Positions 1-8,400 of a stretch of 64,000 bases of DNA are shown one piece after another. The DNA is taken from assembly GCA_045577735.1 (NCBI GenBank), contig JAZNIY010000013.1, positions 26,702-90,701 of the forward strand, written 5' to 3'. Under the pieces are notes generated by a model. That model worked only from the letters and a program-made list of their open reading frames with translations, had not been told where the DNA came from and ran no database searches. The stretch's first letter is position 1. Every line of letters starts with the position of its first letter. The translations under genes were made by a program, and so were the position numbers. This DNA is from Candidatus Stercoripulliclostridium sp. (GTDB taxonomy: Bacteria; Bacillota; Clostridia; Christensenellales; DTU072).

Positions 1-1014
1 CCGTTATACATAGTAAGACAAGATATTACGAAAATGGACTGTGATGCAATAGTCAATGCAGCGAATAACTCCCTTCTTGGAGGAGGCGGGGTTGACGGCT
101 GTATTCACAGGGTAGCAGGACCTCGGCTGTTGGAAGAATGTAGGACGCTAGGAGGGTGTGAAACAGGAGAAGCAAAAATTACAAAGGGATACGATCTTCC
201 TTCTAAGCACGTTATCCATACGGTTGGACCCGTTTGGAAAGGTGGTAAGAATGGTGAAAGAATCCTTCTTGAGAGTTGCTACAAAAAGTCCCTAGAGCTA
301 GCAAAGGAACACGGTTGCGAAAGCGTGGCGTTCCCTTTAATCTCTTCTGGTGTTTATGGCTACCCCAAGGACAAAGCACTCGCGGTTGCCGTTGAGACTA
401 TAAAAGAATTTTTGTTTGAAAACGAAATGACCGTTTACATCGCGGTGTTTGATAGAGCAAGTTATGAAATTAGCGCAGACTTGTTCGAAGAAGTTTCCAG
501 TTACGTCGACGATAACTACGTTGCCGAACACGAAGTAAAGTATGGTTACGCTAGAAGAAGTTTGTCGAACGCCAGCTTTGAAGAGAACGCTATCAATTTT
601 TGTCGGTGCGAAAAATTGTCAAAATATGTATCCTTAGATACCGAAACCGACCTAATCAACATTCTCTCCAATTTGGATGACAATTTTGCCGTTACTCTTT
701 TTAAGCTAATCGACGCTAAGGGAATTAGCGACGTAGAATGTTATAAGAGGGCTAACGTAAGTAAACAAACTTGGTACAAGATACTAAACGAAAAGGAGTA
801 TCGTCCCAGCAAAAACACTATAATTGCGTTTGCTATTGCGCTAGAGCTTTCGCTTGAGGAAACCAAGCATTTGCTTTCCACTGTTGGCTTCACCTTTTCA
901 AGGAGTAGCAAGTTTGACGTCATAATCGAATACTTCATATTAAATGGAATTTATGACGTATTTGTTATTAACGAAACGCTATTCAAATTCGATCAAGTTT
1001 GTTTGGGTGTGTAG
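1..1014 (+). CDS. Macro domain (ADP-ribose / O-acetyl-ADP-ribose hydrolase-like) fused to a C-terminal XRE-type HTH domain; 5' end cut by the window edge
   Basis: Frame 1 is open from nt 1 ([11 protein letters not shown] precedes the ORF-track Met at 34). The macro N-terminal motif [33 protein letters not shown] therefore continues upstream. Further macro motifs are [10 protein letters not shown] and [15 protein letters not shown]. The C-terminal part [51 protein letters not shown] fits the XRE helix-turn-helix pattern. Confidence 0.85.
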   Translation, partial: PLYIVRQDITKMDCDAIVNAANNSLLGGGGVDGCIHRVAGPRLLEECRTLGGCETGEAKITKGYDLPSKHVIHTVGPVWKGGKNGERILLESCYKKSLELAKEHGCESVAFPLISSGVYGYPKDKALAVAVETIKEFLFENEMTVYIAVFDRASYEISADLFEEVSSYVDDNYVAEHEVKYGYARRSLSNASFEENAINFCRCEKLSKYVSLDTETDLINILSNLDDNFAVTLFKLIDAKGISDVECYKRANVSKQTWYKILNEKEYRPSKNTIIAFAIALELSLEETKHLLSTVGFTFSRSSKFDVIIEYFILNGIYDVFVINETLFKFDQVCLGV

Positions 1015-1060
1015 GTAAATCATCAATTGACCTAAGTGAAAATATTATTGGCTATAATGT

Positions 1061-1094
1061 GGTTGTAAGCAAAGGCTTGCAACCATTTTTTATT
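1061..1094 (+). terminator. Putative intrinsic terminator after the macro-HTH gene
   Basis: GGTTGTAAGC-aaag-GCTTGCAACC (9 of 10 bp pair) followed by ATTTTTTATTT, 47 nt after the stop codon. Confidence 0.6.
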
Positions 1095-1110
1095 TAGGAG
1101 GATACGACAT

Positions 1111-1755
1111 ATGAAAATAACGGAACTAGTATTCATTTTGGACAAGAGTGGCTCTATGAGCGGAATGGAGCAAGACACTATTGGTGGCTTTAATGCAATG
1201 ATAGAAAAGCAGAGAATGGAGGAGGGGGAAGCGCTTGTTTCCACTATTTTATTCTCCACGTATTCTAAAGTAATTCACGACAGAGTTAGAGTAGGAGAGG
1301 TTGCGCCTCTTACGCGTAACGATTACGCTGTGGGTGGATGTACGGCGCTGTTGGATGCAATAGGCGATGCTATAAAGCACGTTTCAAAAGTGCACAAATA
1401 TGCAAGGCCGGAAGACGTGCCGGACAAGACCATATTTATTATTACTACCGATGGCTTTGAAAACGCAAGTAGAAAGTGGAATAGCAAAGAGATAAAAGAG
1501 CTGGTATCGCAAAAAGAGAAGAATAATGGTTGGGAGTTTCTTTTCCTTGGTGCGAATATTGATGCCGTTGAAACCGCGAGTGGGCTGGGAATAAGGGAGG
1601 ATCGCGCAGTAAATTACTGCGTTAAAGAGGACACCACTAATATGTTTATGGAAATTGGTGAAACGGTGTCATGCTTCAGAAAGACGGGAAACGTTGATGA
1701 AAAATGGGCGAGAAAGGTGGAACGTAATTTGCGTGACAAAAATAAAAAGAGCTAG
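1111..1755 (+). CDS. Small cytoplasmic von Willebrand factor type A (vWA) domain protein
   Basis: MIDAS motif DKSGSM (DxSxS) near the N-terminus and a later IFIITTDGFEN element. AGGAGG RBS upstream. No signal peptide or TM. Confidence 0.8.
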   Translation: MKITELVFILDKSGSMSGMEQDTIGGFNAMIEKQRMEEGEALVSTILFSTYSKVIHDRVRVGEVAPLTRNDYAVGGCTALLDAIGDAIKHVSKVHKYARPEDVPDKTIFIITTDGFENASRKWNSKEIKELVSQKEKNNGWEFLFLGANIDAVETASGLGIREDRAVNYCVKEDTTNMFMEIGETVSCFRKTGNVDEKWARKVERNLRDKNKKS

Positions 1756-1770
1756 CCAAAACACAAGAAT

Positions 1771-1802
1771 AAAAAAGCGTAGCATTTTCGCTACGCTTTT
1801 TC
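1771..1802. terminator. Bidirectional intrinsic terminator between convergent genes
   Basis: AAAAA-AGCGTAGC-attttc-GCTACGCT-TTTTT: perfect 8-bp stem flanked by an A-run and a T-run. It lies between the vWA stop (1755) and the stop of the minus-strand gene (1822). Confidence 0.85.
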
Positions 1803-1821
1803 GTTATGATTTAAGACGTAA

Positions 1822-3132
1822 CTAGTCGATGAGTTGGGCGTTTTGGGCAATAAAATCATTTATGTTCTTGTGAATTATATCAAAGAACTTTTTAACGGCT
1901 TCTCGGTCGCTTTCGTTACCACGAATTGCTATTGTCATGGTGAGTTCCCCGTTGAGAGAGGTTAGTGCAAGTTGCATATAAGGCTTGTATTTAACAGCTC
2001 CGGTCATAAACCCGTCAACAAGTGATAATCCACTTAAACCTAGCTTATTGGGGTCCAAAACACCAATGTTCGACATACCAATCAGAGGATTCAGGTAACC
2101 AATCTTAATCGCAATTTCGCTAATTGCATAGGGAAGAATGGTGTATGCAAGCTTAAGTAGGGGGAGCGAATATAGTCCCATATACTTGTCTTTTTTGGAC
2201 TTTCTAACAGAGTGTAATACCTTAACCAAAGTTTCATTAACGTTCTTACCTACGCCTTCTACGCTACATTGCATAAAGCCCGTGTGGTTTGTAAGTCCAC
2301 CGGCTTCCTCGCCACCATCAATGTGTCTACGAAGGTCAACCATACAGGGAATAGTAACGGTGTCGGTTTCGGGATATCCACCAAATTCGTACAAGCTATG
2401 CATATATACGGCAAGCATAAGATCGTTTACGGTAACCCCATAGTATTTGCCAATTTTTCTAAACTTGGTAAAGGTTTCGACATCCACTTTAGAGCGATTA
2501 ATCATACTCTTGTCTTCGGGGGTGTCGGGAGAAAGAGGAAAATAGTGCTCGTCCTTTACTTGAGATATGTTTTTGTAAAGATTCTTTGCAACCTCTTTGT
2601 CCTCTTCGTCAAGTTTAGTGTAAACTTGATCGTATGAGCGTGAGCCGGTTTTAATATCGATAACTGGAGTTCCACCGATTACTGCGTTGTAGTTGGAGGC
2701 AAGACGCTTCAAGAAATACTTGAAATCACCACCGTCAAAGCACATGTGATTTACTATCATGCAAAGGGTGGATCGGCCGTTGGAATTAAGTATAGCCATT
2801 TTGAATTGTACTCTTGAAGTGACGGGAATGCATTGTGTGATAAAAGCTTCAATTTCTTCTTCGAGAACTTCGGGAGCAACGTCTTTTACGATTAAAATGT
2901 CATCTATCGTGTAGTCCTCAACAACCCAATAAGGGTCTATTGCGCTGTCATGAAAACTGGAGTGTAAAACGGGAACTTTCTCCGTTGTAGCGACTAGGAC
3001 GGTTTTTAGAGTAGGTATATCTATTAAGCCGTCATAATACAAAACAGCGTGAACCATTCTATCGTAATAGTTGCGGAAAAGATATTGCATCTTGTCCCAA
3101 AGTTCGGCTTTAATTTTTTGTTTTCTCTTCAT
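1822..3132 (-). CDS. Standalone condensation-domain / CAT-superfamily acyltransferase (HxxxDG type)
   Basis: Catalytic-type motif NHMCFDG (HxxxDG) encoded at 2731-2748. At 436 aa, its length and layout are typical of a free-standing NRPS-C / PapA5-like domain. No adenylation or carrier domains are adjacent. Confidence 0.65.
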   Translation of the reverse strand: MKRKQKIKAELWDKMQYLFRNYYDRMVHAVLYYDGLIDIPTLKTVLVATTEKVPVLHSSFHDSAIDPYWVVEDYTIDDILIVKDVAPEVLEEEIEAFITQCIPVTSRVQFKMAILNSNGRSTLCMIVNHMCFDGGDFKYFLKRLASNYNAVIGGTPVIDIKTGSRSYDQVYTKLDEEDKEVAKNLYKNISQVKDEHYFPLSPDTPEDKSMINRSKVDVETFTKFRKIGKYYGVTVNDLMLAVYMHSLYEFGGYPETDTVTIPCMVDLRRHIDGGEEAGGLTNHTGFMQCSVEGVGKNVNETLVKVLHSVRKSKKDKYMGLYSLPLLKLAYTILPYAISEIAIKIGYLNPLIGMSNIGVLDPNKLGLSGLSLVDGFMTGAVKYKPYMQLALTSLNGELTMTIAIRGNESDREAVKKFFDIIHKNINDFIAQNAQLID

Positions 3133-3165
3133 TTTTATATTCCTATTTTATTGCGTTAATAGAGT

Positions 3166-3201
3166 TTTAGGGTGCCTTAACACATGTTTAGGAACCCTAA
3201 A
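3166..3201. repeat. Near-perfect 17-bp-arm palindrome (hairpin/terminator or operator)
   Basis: TTTAGGGTGCCTTAACA-ca-TGTTTAGGAACCCTAAA, with 15 of 17 arm positions complementary. It lies 12 nt downstream of the stop of 3213-4058 and upstream of the start of 1822-3132. No U-tract follows on the minus strand. Confidence 0.45.
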
Positions 3202-3212
3202 TATAACAAATA

Positions 3213-4058
3213 TTACCATTCGGTGTAATATTTTTCGTCAACGTCGGTTGCTTTGACAGCTTTCTTTTTTACCTTGGGGGCTTTCTTTTTGTTGGAGCGA
3301 TGTACAAGCATAACGATGACGCCACCAACTGCGCTTGCTCCTGCTAGAGCGGGGAGTAACCAGCCGGGATGCCAAGGCATAACGTGAGCAATTCCTAGCA
3401 TTACGTAAACGAGAGAAGCCGTTACTACAATGGCGAATAGGCTTTCTATGAATGCAAGTTTAGATTTGGTTAGGAATGCAATAGAGGTGTCTAGAAGAAG
3501 TATTGCTATAACCATTGCTAGGAAAGTGAAGTAGTGGTATTGCACGTGGGCAACAAGGAGTAAGTTTAAGAAAATGAAAGTTGCCACCAAGATGACGGAA
3601 ACGGCGAGGCCCACGCGTGGAATGGTATAAGATTTTCTCTTTGCAACTTGAACTCCTACTGCAACTAATGCGCAAATGATTGCTCCGAAGAGTGAGCCGA
3701 CCAAAATAAGCCAGCTAAGGCTCCACGGGATAACGTGTAGGAATGAAAGGAGCAGATATACGCCTATTACAGCTATTATCGCTACGATGACCAGTGAGGT
3801 TGACGTTAGCTTTATGGCGTTTCTTTTGGATCTGGTGGTAAGTTCTTCATTAAACTTTGCTAGAGTTGCTTGGAAGTCGCCAAGAGAATCTATAGCAAGA
3901 TGGTATACTGCGTCCTCATCGGTCATACCTTTAATTTTTGCGTCTTGAGCATACTCTTCAAGATAAACTAGGGTTTCCTTGCGGTAATCCATCGCGCCCT
4001 TTGTTGGGGGGATAGCGCGAAACTGTTCTTCAAGATATTTTTTAAAACGTTCGGTCAT
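3213..4058 (-). CDS. Polytopic membrane protein with a ~75-aa cytoplasmic N-terminal helical prefix domain
   Basis: The N-terminus MTERFKKYLEEQFRAIPPTKGAMDYRKETLVYLEEYAQDAKIKGMTDEDAVYHLAIDSLGDF resembles the 'permease prefix'/DUF1700-like domain. About 6 hydrophobic helices and a Lys-rich tail follow. GGAGAT RBS. Confidence 0.6.
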   Translation of the reverse strand: MTERFKKYLEEQFRAIPPTKGAMDYRKETLVYLEEYAQDAKIKGMTDEDAVYHLAIDSLGDFQATLAKFNEELTTRSKRNAIKLTSTSLVIVAIIAVIGVYLLLSFLHVIPWSLSWLILVGSLFGAIICALVAVGVQVAKRKSYTIPRVGLAVSVILVATFIFLNLLLVAHVQYHYFTFLAMVIAILLLDTSIAFLTKSKLAFIESLFAIVVTASLVYVMLGIAHVMPWHPGWLLPALAGASAVGGVIVMLVHRSNKKKAPKVKKKAVKATDVDEKYYTEW

Positions 4059-4115
4059 AGTTGTATCTCCATAAATTTAGATTATTATATCTAGATAGGT
4101 TGACTACCTAAACAG

Positions 4116-4145
4116 ATTATATACTACCAATAATATTGCTGTCAA
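4116..4145 (-). promoter_or_regulatory. Sigma-A type promoter for 3213-4058
   Basis: The minus strand reads TTGACA-18 nt-TATAAT (plus-strand tgtcaa 4140-4145, attata 4116-4121). Confidence 0.6.
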
Positions 4146-4163
4146 GCGTGTGATATTAATTTT

Positions 4164-5048
4164 TTAGCGCAAGTATTTGTTAAAGAATTGTGCCGTTCTA
4201 TCGTTTGCTTGTTTAGACTCTTCCCAATCTGGCTGAATGACGTTATATACGTGGGTGAGTTTGTTTGCTTGTTTATCCTTTTCAAAGTAGATTAATTCGC
4301 AATCTGCACCCGTTTGTTTGTAAGCCTCGTAACCTTTTATGGTTTGACCTTTCATAAAGTCGCCGTCACAGGTGATGAAAAGGGAGGGTATGTTGTCACA
4401 TTTATCGTGACGGAAGTCGACGTAGGGGAAAATGGGGTTTTCTTGGGCCTTTTTACCAAGCATACAACTAAAATAGCTTCTAACGACGGGCATTGTTGCA
4501 AGTTTTTGTACGTAGAAAGCAGGGCAAGTGTAGCAAACAGCGTTAAACTTGGCTTTAAGAGAAATACCGAAAACCTTTTGCATTTCCTCATCGCAAGAGA
4601 GGTTAACCATAACGGAGGCAAGATGTCCACCGGCGCTGTCGCCCGTTAAAAACAGGTTATTTACGTCTATTCCAAGCGCGCTCGCGTTATCATATATATA
4701 ATTAATGGCCGTTGCGACGTCAATAATTTGTTCCTTTAAAGTAACGTTTGGTGCAAGACGATAGCTAAGATTTACTACCTTGAAGCCACGCTCGGCGAGA
4801 TTAAGACAGTAAATTTTATTAAGCTCTTTGTCGCCGTAGTACCAGCCACCACCGTGAACGTCTATGATGGTTGGTAAAACGCCGTCGCTTTCAAAAGGAG
4901 AATACACGTCCAATAAATGATGCTCGTGGGAGTCGTCCAGGTAGGCTACGTCAACCGTTTCATTAAGGGTTGGAACCCTTAACGTTTTAATGCGCTTGTC
5001 ATCCATGGGCTTTGTTACGTTGTCCCAAAACCAAGTAAAAATACTCAT
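4164..5048 (-). CDS. Alpha/beta-hydrolase, hormone-sensitive-lipase family IV esterase/lipase
   Basis: HGGGW oxyanion-hole motif and GDSAGG nucleophile elbow (GxSxG). Start moved from the ORF-track 5090 to ATG 5048, which has AGGAG 7 nt upstream. Confidence 0.85.
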   Translation of the reverse strand: MSIFTWFWDNVTKPMDDKRIKTLRVPTLNETVDVAYLDDSHEHHLLDVYSPFESDGVLPTIIDVHGGGWYYGDKELNKIYCLNLAERGFKVVNLSYRLAPNVTLKEQIIDVATAINYIYDNASALGIDVNNLFLTGDSAGGHLASVMVNLSCDEEMQKVFGISLKAKFNAVCYTCPAFYVQKLATMPVVRSYFSCMLGKKAQENPIFPYVDFRHDKCDNIPSLFITCDGDFMKGQTIKGYEAYKQTGADCELIYFEKDKQANKLTHVYNVIQPDWEESKQANDRTAQFFNKYLR

Positions 5049-5124
5049 AATAACTCCTATTTCGGTATCTCGAGATACAAAATGCGCCAAGCGCGGATGA
5101 GATGCCGATTGCTTTAATAAGAAT

Positions 5125-5153
5125 ATTATATCACACTCAAAAAGCCACTACAA
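5125..5153 (-). promoter_or_regulatory. Putative sigma-A promoter for the esterase gene
   Basis: The minus strand reads TTGTAG-17 nt-TATAAT (plus-strand ctacaa 5148-5153, attata 5125-5130). Confidence 0.45.
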
Positions 5154-5396
5154 GTCCCAATTTTAATGAAAATAATTGCTTTATTGTTAACGCGAAGAAA
5201 GAGGGGACAAGAAGAGATTACTCCTTTAAAACGTGCTTTACCGACGAACGCTTAAAAACGAAATCTTTTTCGTAAAATTGTGCTTTCTTGTGGTGCGCAA
5301 GCACGCAAAACACAAGATATTGTTCGCGCGCGTTCGCCCACACGGTAATATTTTAGTAAAAACACGCGTAATATGTAGCGCGTTAGCGCGCGTATG

Positions 5397-5437
5397 TGCT
5401 AAAATAGTTGCACAAAGGGAAAAGTGTTCCCTATTTT
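5397..5437 (+). promoter_or_regulatory. Candidate promoter region for the giant-gene array (weak call)
   Basis: Extended -10 TGcTAAAAT at 5397-5405 with no good -35. An alternative is TTGCAC (5408-5413)-18 nt-TATTTT (5432-5437). No consensus promoter is visible elsewhere in the 395-bp upstream region. Confidence 0.3.
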
Positions 5438-5485
5438 CCTACGCGTGCGTGGGCACAAATAAAATATTATATAACGGAAAGTGTA

Positions 5486-8400
5486 ATGATGCCGGTTAAG
5501 AAGATAAATTTTAACAAGTTAACAAAAATGGTTTTTGCTCTACTGATAGCTTTGTCGGTAGGTCTTTGTCTTGCGTTTACTTCGTTGGGAGCAGATGGGG
5601 TTGCGCTTGCTGCAAACGATAGCACTGGTTCAGGTGCTGTCGACGTTACCCTTAGTAACTTTGCAGAAAAACTAGACACCGGAGCAAGCATTACGCTAAA
5701 GGCAACGGCCCAAGAGAAGACCTTTGCTCCCGATCCGGCAATCGCTACTTCGGAAGCAACGGAAAGAGCAGTAATAACTCTTTCGGGGGATTTGTGGAGA
5801 GCCGTTCAAAGTGGAAGAATTACAGCGACCCTTCTTGCAAGCGGAACCAACGCTTATGAAACTGTATCGGGAACTGCTGGCACGAAGGATGCAGGGTTTA
5901 CCGTAACTGGCGCTATGGTTGGAAGTGGAAAATTCTCTACCCAAAACACCACCTATACGGACAGGATAATTGCACCGGAAACTTTACTTAATGCCGAAAA
6001 CGGCAACGAAATAATAATTGAATATTACGCAACCCATACTGCATTCGACAGCAAGACTACGCTAGGTGAAAACCTTTCAGAGGCAAAAGTTGACTGCGTT
6101 ATGAACTTCACGTTGAAGCTTTCCTTTGAAGAAGTAAAAGTTACTATCAATTCTTCAAACGGTGGTTCTGTTAAGGATTCTAACGATAACGTATTGGATC
6201 TAACGGCAGGCGCAAAAGAAATCTCATTAGGTTTCGGTGACAGCATCAGCTTTACCGCACTACCTAACGATGCTTACTATTTCTTGGGTTGGAAGAACGT
6301 TAATACTACGGAAGCAAACGTGCCCGGCATGACTTTGGATCTTGGAAAAGCCGTAGACGTTCCCAGTGGCGAATCACCCAGTTATAGCGCACAATTCCAA
6401 TACATAACCATGGCAAAGCAAGACGAGTATATCTATACCGGCTCTCCCGTAGGACCCGTTGTTAGATCTACTGCCTATACCGGCGTTTACTATTTGACCC
6501 ATAGTTATACAGGAACCACAATTTCCGGTGAAACCATCAATTTCAAATCCGAAGGATTACAAGAAATCGTTTCTGCTCCCATACGTGCAGGCTCGTTTAA
6601 TTATACTTGCGAGTTCTACTATCGTGTAGGAACGGGCGAAGGCATCACCAAGGGCGAAAGAATTGGTGGTGTTTCCGTTGATTTTGAAGTAAAGAAGAAT
6701 ACGCCCATAGTTGTTCGTGGAGAGGATAATGCAAGCACCATTACTTTGAATTTTGGTGACAACCTAAGCGACCTCGACCTTTCCTACGAAGCAACCAACT
6801 CCGTTGATACGTTAGTTCGTTTGAGTGGTGTGCTGGAAGTATATCTTGGTGAAGAAAAGATATCTCTAGACAAACTTCTACCTTTAAGCAACGAAGGCAC
6901 CGATTATACCTTGAGATTTACTCCTAGTGACAGCAACAACTACAACGTAGTTGATAGCGCACTCAAGATTTTTGTTAAGGATAGCATTGGTGGTGAAGGA
7001 ACGAATATCGAAGAAGGCAATAGGGACTACGTTATTACGAAGAGCATTGCTACTGCAAGTGACGTTGATAACGGTGTACAAAACAATTTCGCAAGCCTAA
7101 CGCTACCCGATGGTGGTGAACTGATTAAGGTAAGTTTGCGTGCGACGATGCTTGATGAAAGTGGCCAATACTTCTTTATTGGTTGGAGAATCGGTCTTTC
7201 TCGTGACGGCTCGTTTACTGCAAACTCCTACGATTATACCTACTTGAATTCCGGTAAGGTTAATCGTGATGCCAACGGCGACGTTGTATCAATAGACGGC
7301 TTGTCCTATGACTATTATCTACCACACCATTCCAAAGTAAGTGCCGAAGAAAAGGCAAAATATACTCACGCGAAATTCCAAGCAGTATTCGTAAAGGATA
7401 CTACTTGTGGTAGTGCGGCGGCAACGCTAACCATTCCTTATAGTGGTTCTAGGACCTATACAACGCCTACCTTTAGCCCCCAAAGAGCATACTACTCCTT
7501 TGGTTACGGTCAATTGACCTATTACCATGCATCTAACCCCGAAACCGGCGTGGAAGATATCCCTTACGCAATAGGCGAGCATCTTTTGAAGTACGACATC
7601 ATTAACCACGCGGTAGATGATACCATAGTTGATACCAGAGTTATTGCCTATAACGTAACTATCGGTACGCTGGTTGCAGAAATTGACGAATACAATTCAA
7701 TCATAAACGGTGGTTACGACAGAACCACTGGTTGGGCAAGACAAATGTATTATAACCTTAGCGTTGAAAATCTTTTGAGTAAGGGTGCCGAGGCATATTA
7801 CTATTCTTCCGACAATGGTGAGAATTGGACTAAAATAGAGGGCGTTATCGAAGAAGCTTCGGGCTGTAAGCTTGCATTCGTTACTCCCGAAGTTGTAAAC
7901 GATACCCAGGTAAGAAGTTATATCTTCATTGCAACTCACGAAACTAACGGTTTGCCAATGACTTTGGGTGAGAATACCTACAAAGTAGTTGCAGGCGTAG
8001 CCTCTCACACCCTTGTAAAAATTGATACGGTAGTTCCTTCTTTGAGCAACGTAGTTGAAACTAGTGGATTAAACGGTGCTTGGACGAAGTTACCGGTAAG
8101 CTTTAGCGCACTTGCATCATTTGGTGGAAGTGGTGCCGTAATCGACGTTTGCTACCAAAACAATTCCAGCAACTTCGTTAAGCTCGATAGCAATATTTCA
8201 CTTTCTGACGGAACCGATGAAATCAAGCATAACGACGTTCAAGTAAACTTTAGTATCAACACCCAATATAGCGGTAACGTCAAGATTAGAATTAGAACGG
8301 GCTCGGGACTTACTTATGAAGTAAATACCTTGTATCCCATTAACATTGATAAAACTGCTCCTAGCTTTGGCACTCCGGAAAAGAACCACGTTGCAAGTAC

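Noticed and set aside
1053-1058. TATAAT hexamer upstream of the vWA gene as a promoter -10.
   Set aside because: The nearest -35-like TTGACC is 20 nt away. The hexamer also sits upstream of the terminator hairpin at 1061-1094, so transcripts from it would meet a terminator before reaching the vWA gene. This is not convincing.
5408-5485. ORF-track upstream extension of giant gene 1 (MHKGKSVPYFPTRAWAQIKYYITESV...).
   Set aside because: It has no RBS. It would place 26 non-signal residues in front of a textbook signal peptide. ATG 5486 gives n-region/h-region/ALA cleavage geometry. For the same reason I trimmed the ORF-track extensions at 25424-25492 (isomerase), 56405-56470 (ypeB) and 5049-5090 (esterase) in favour of downstream starts with RBSs.
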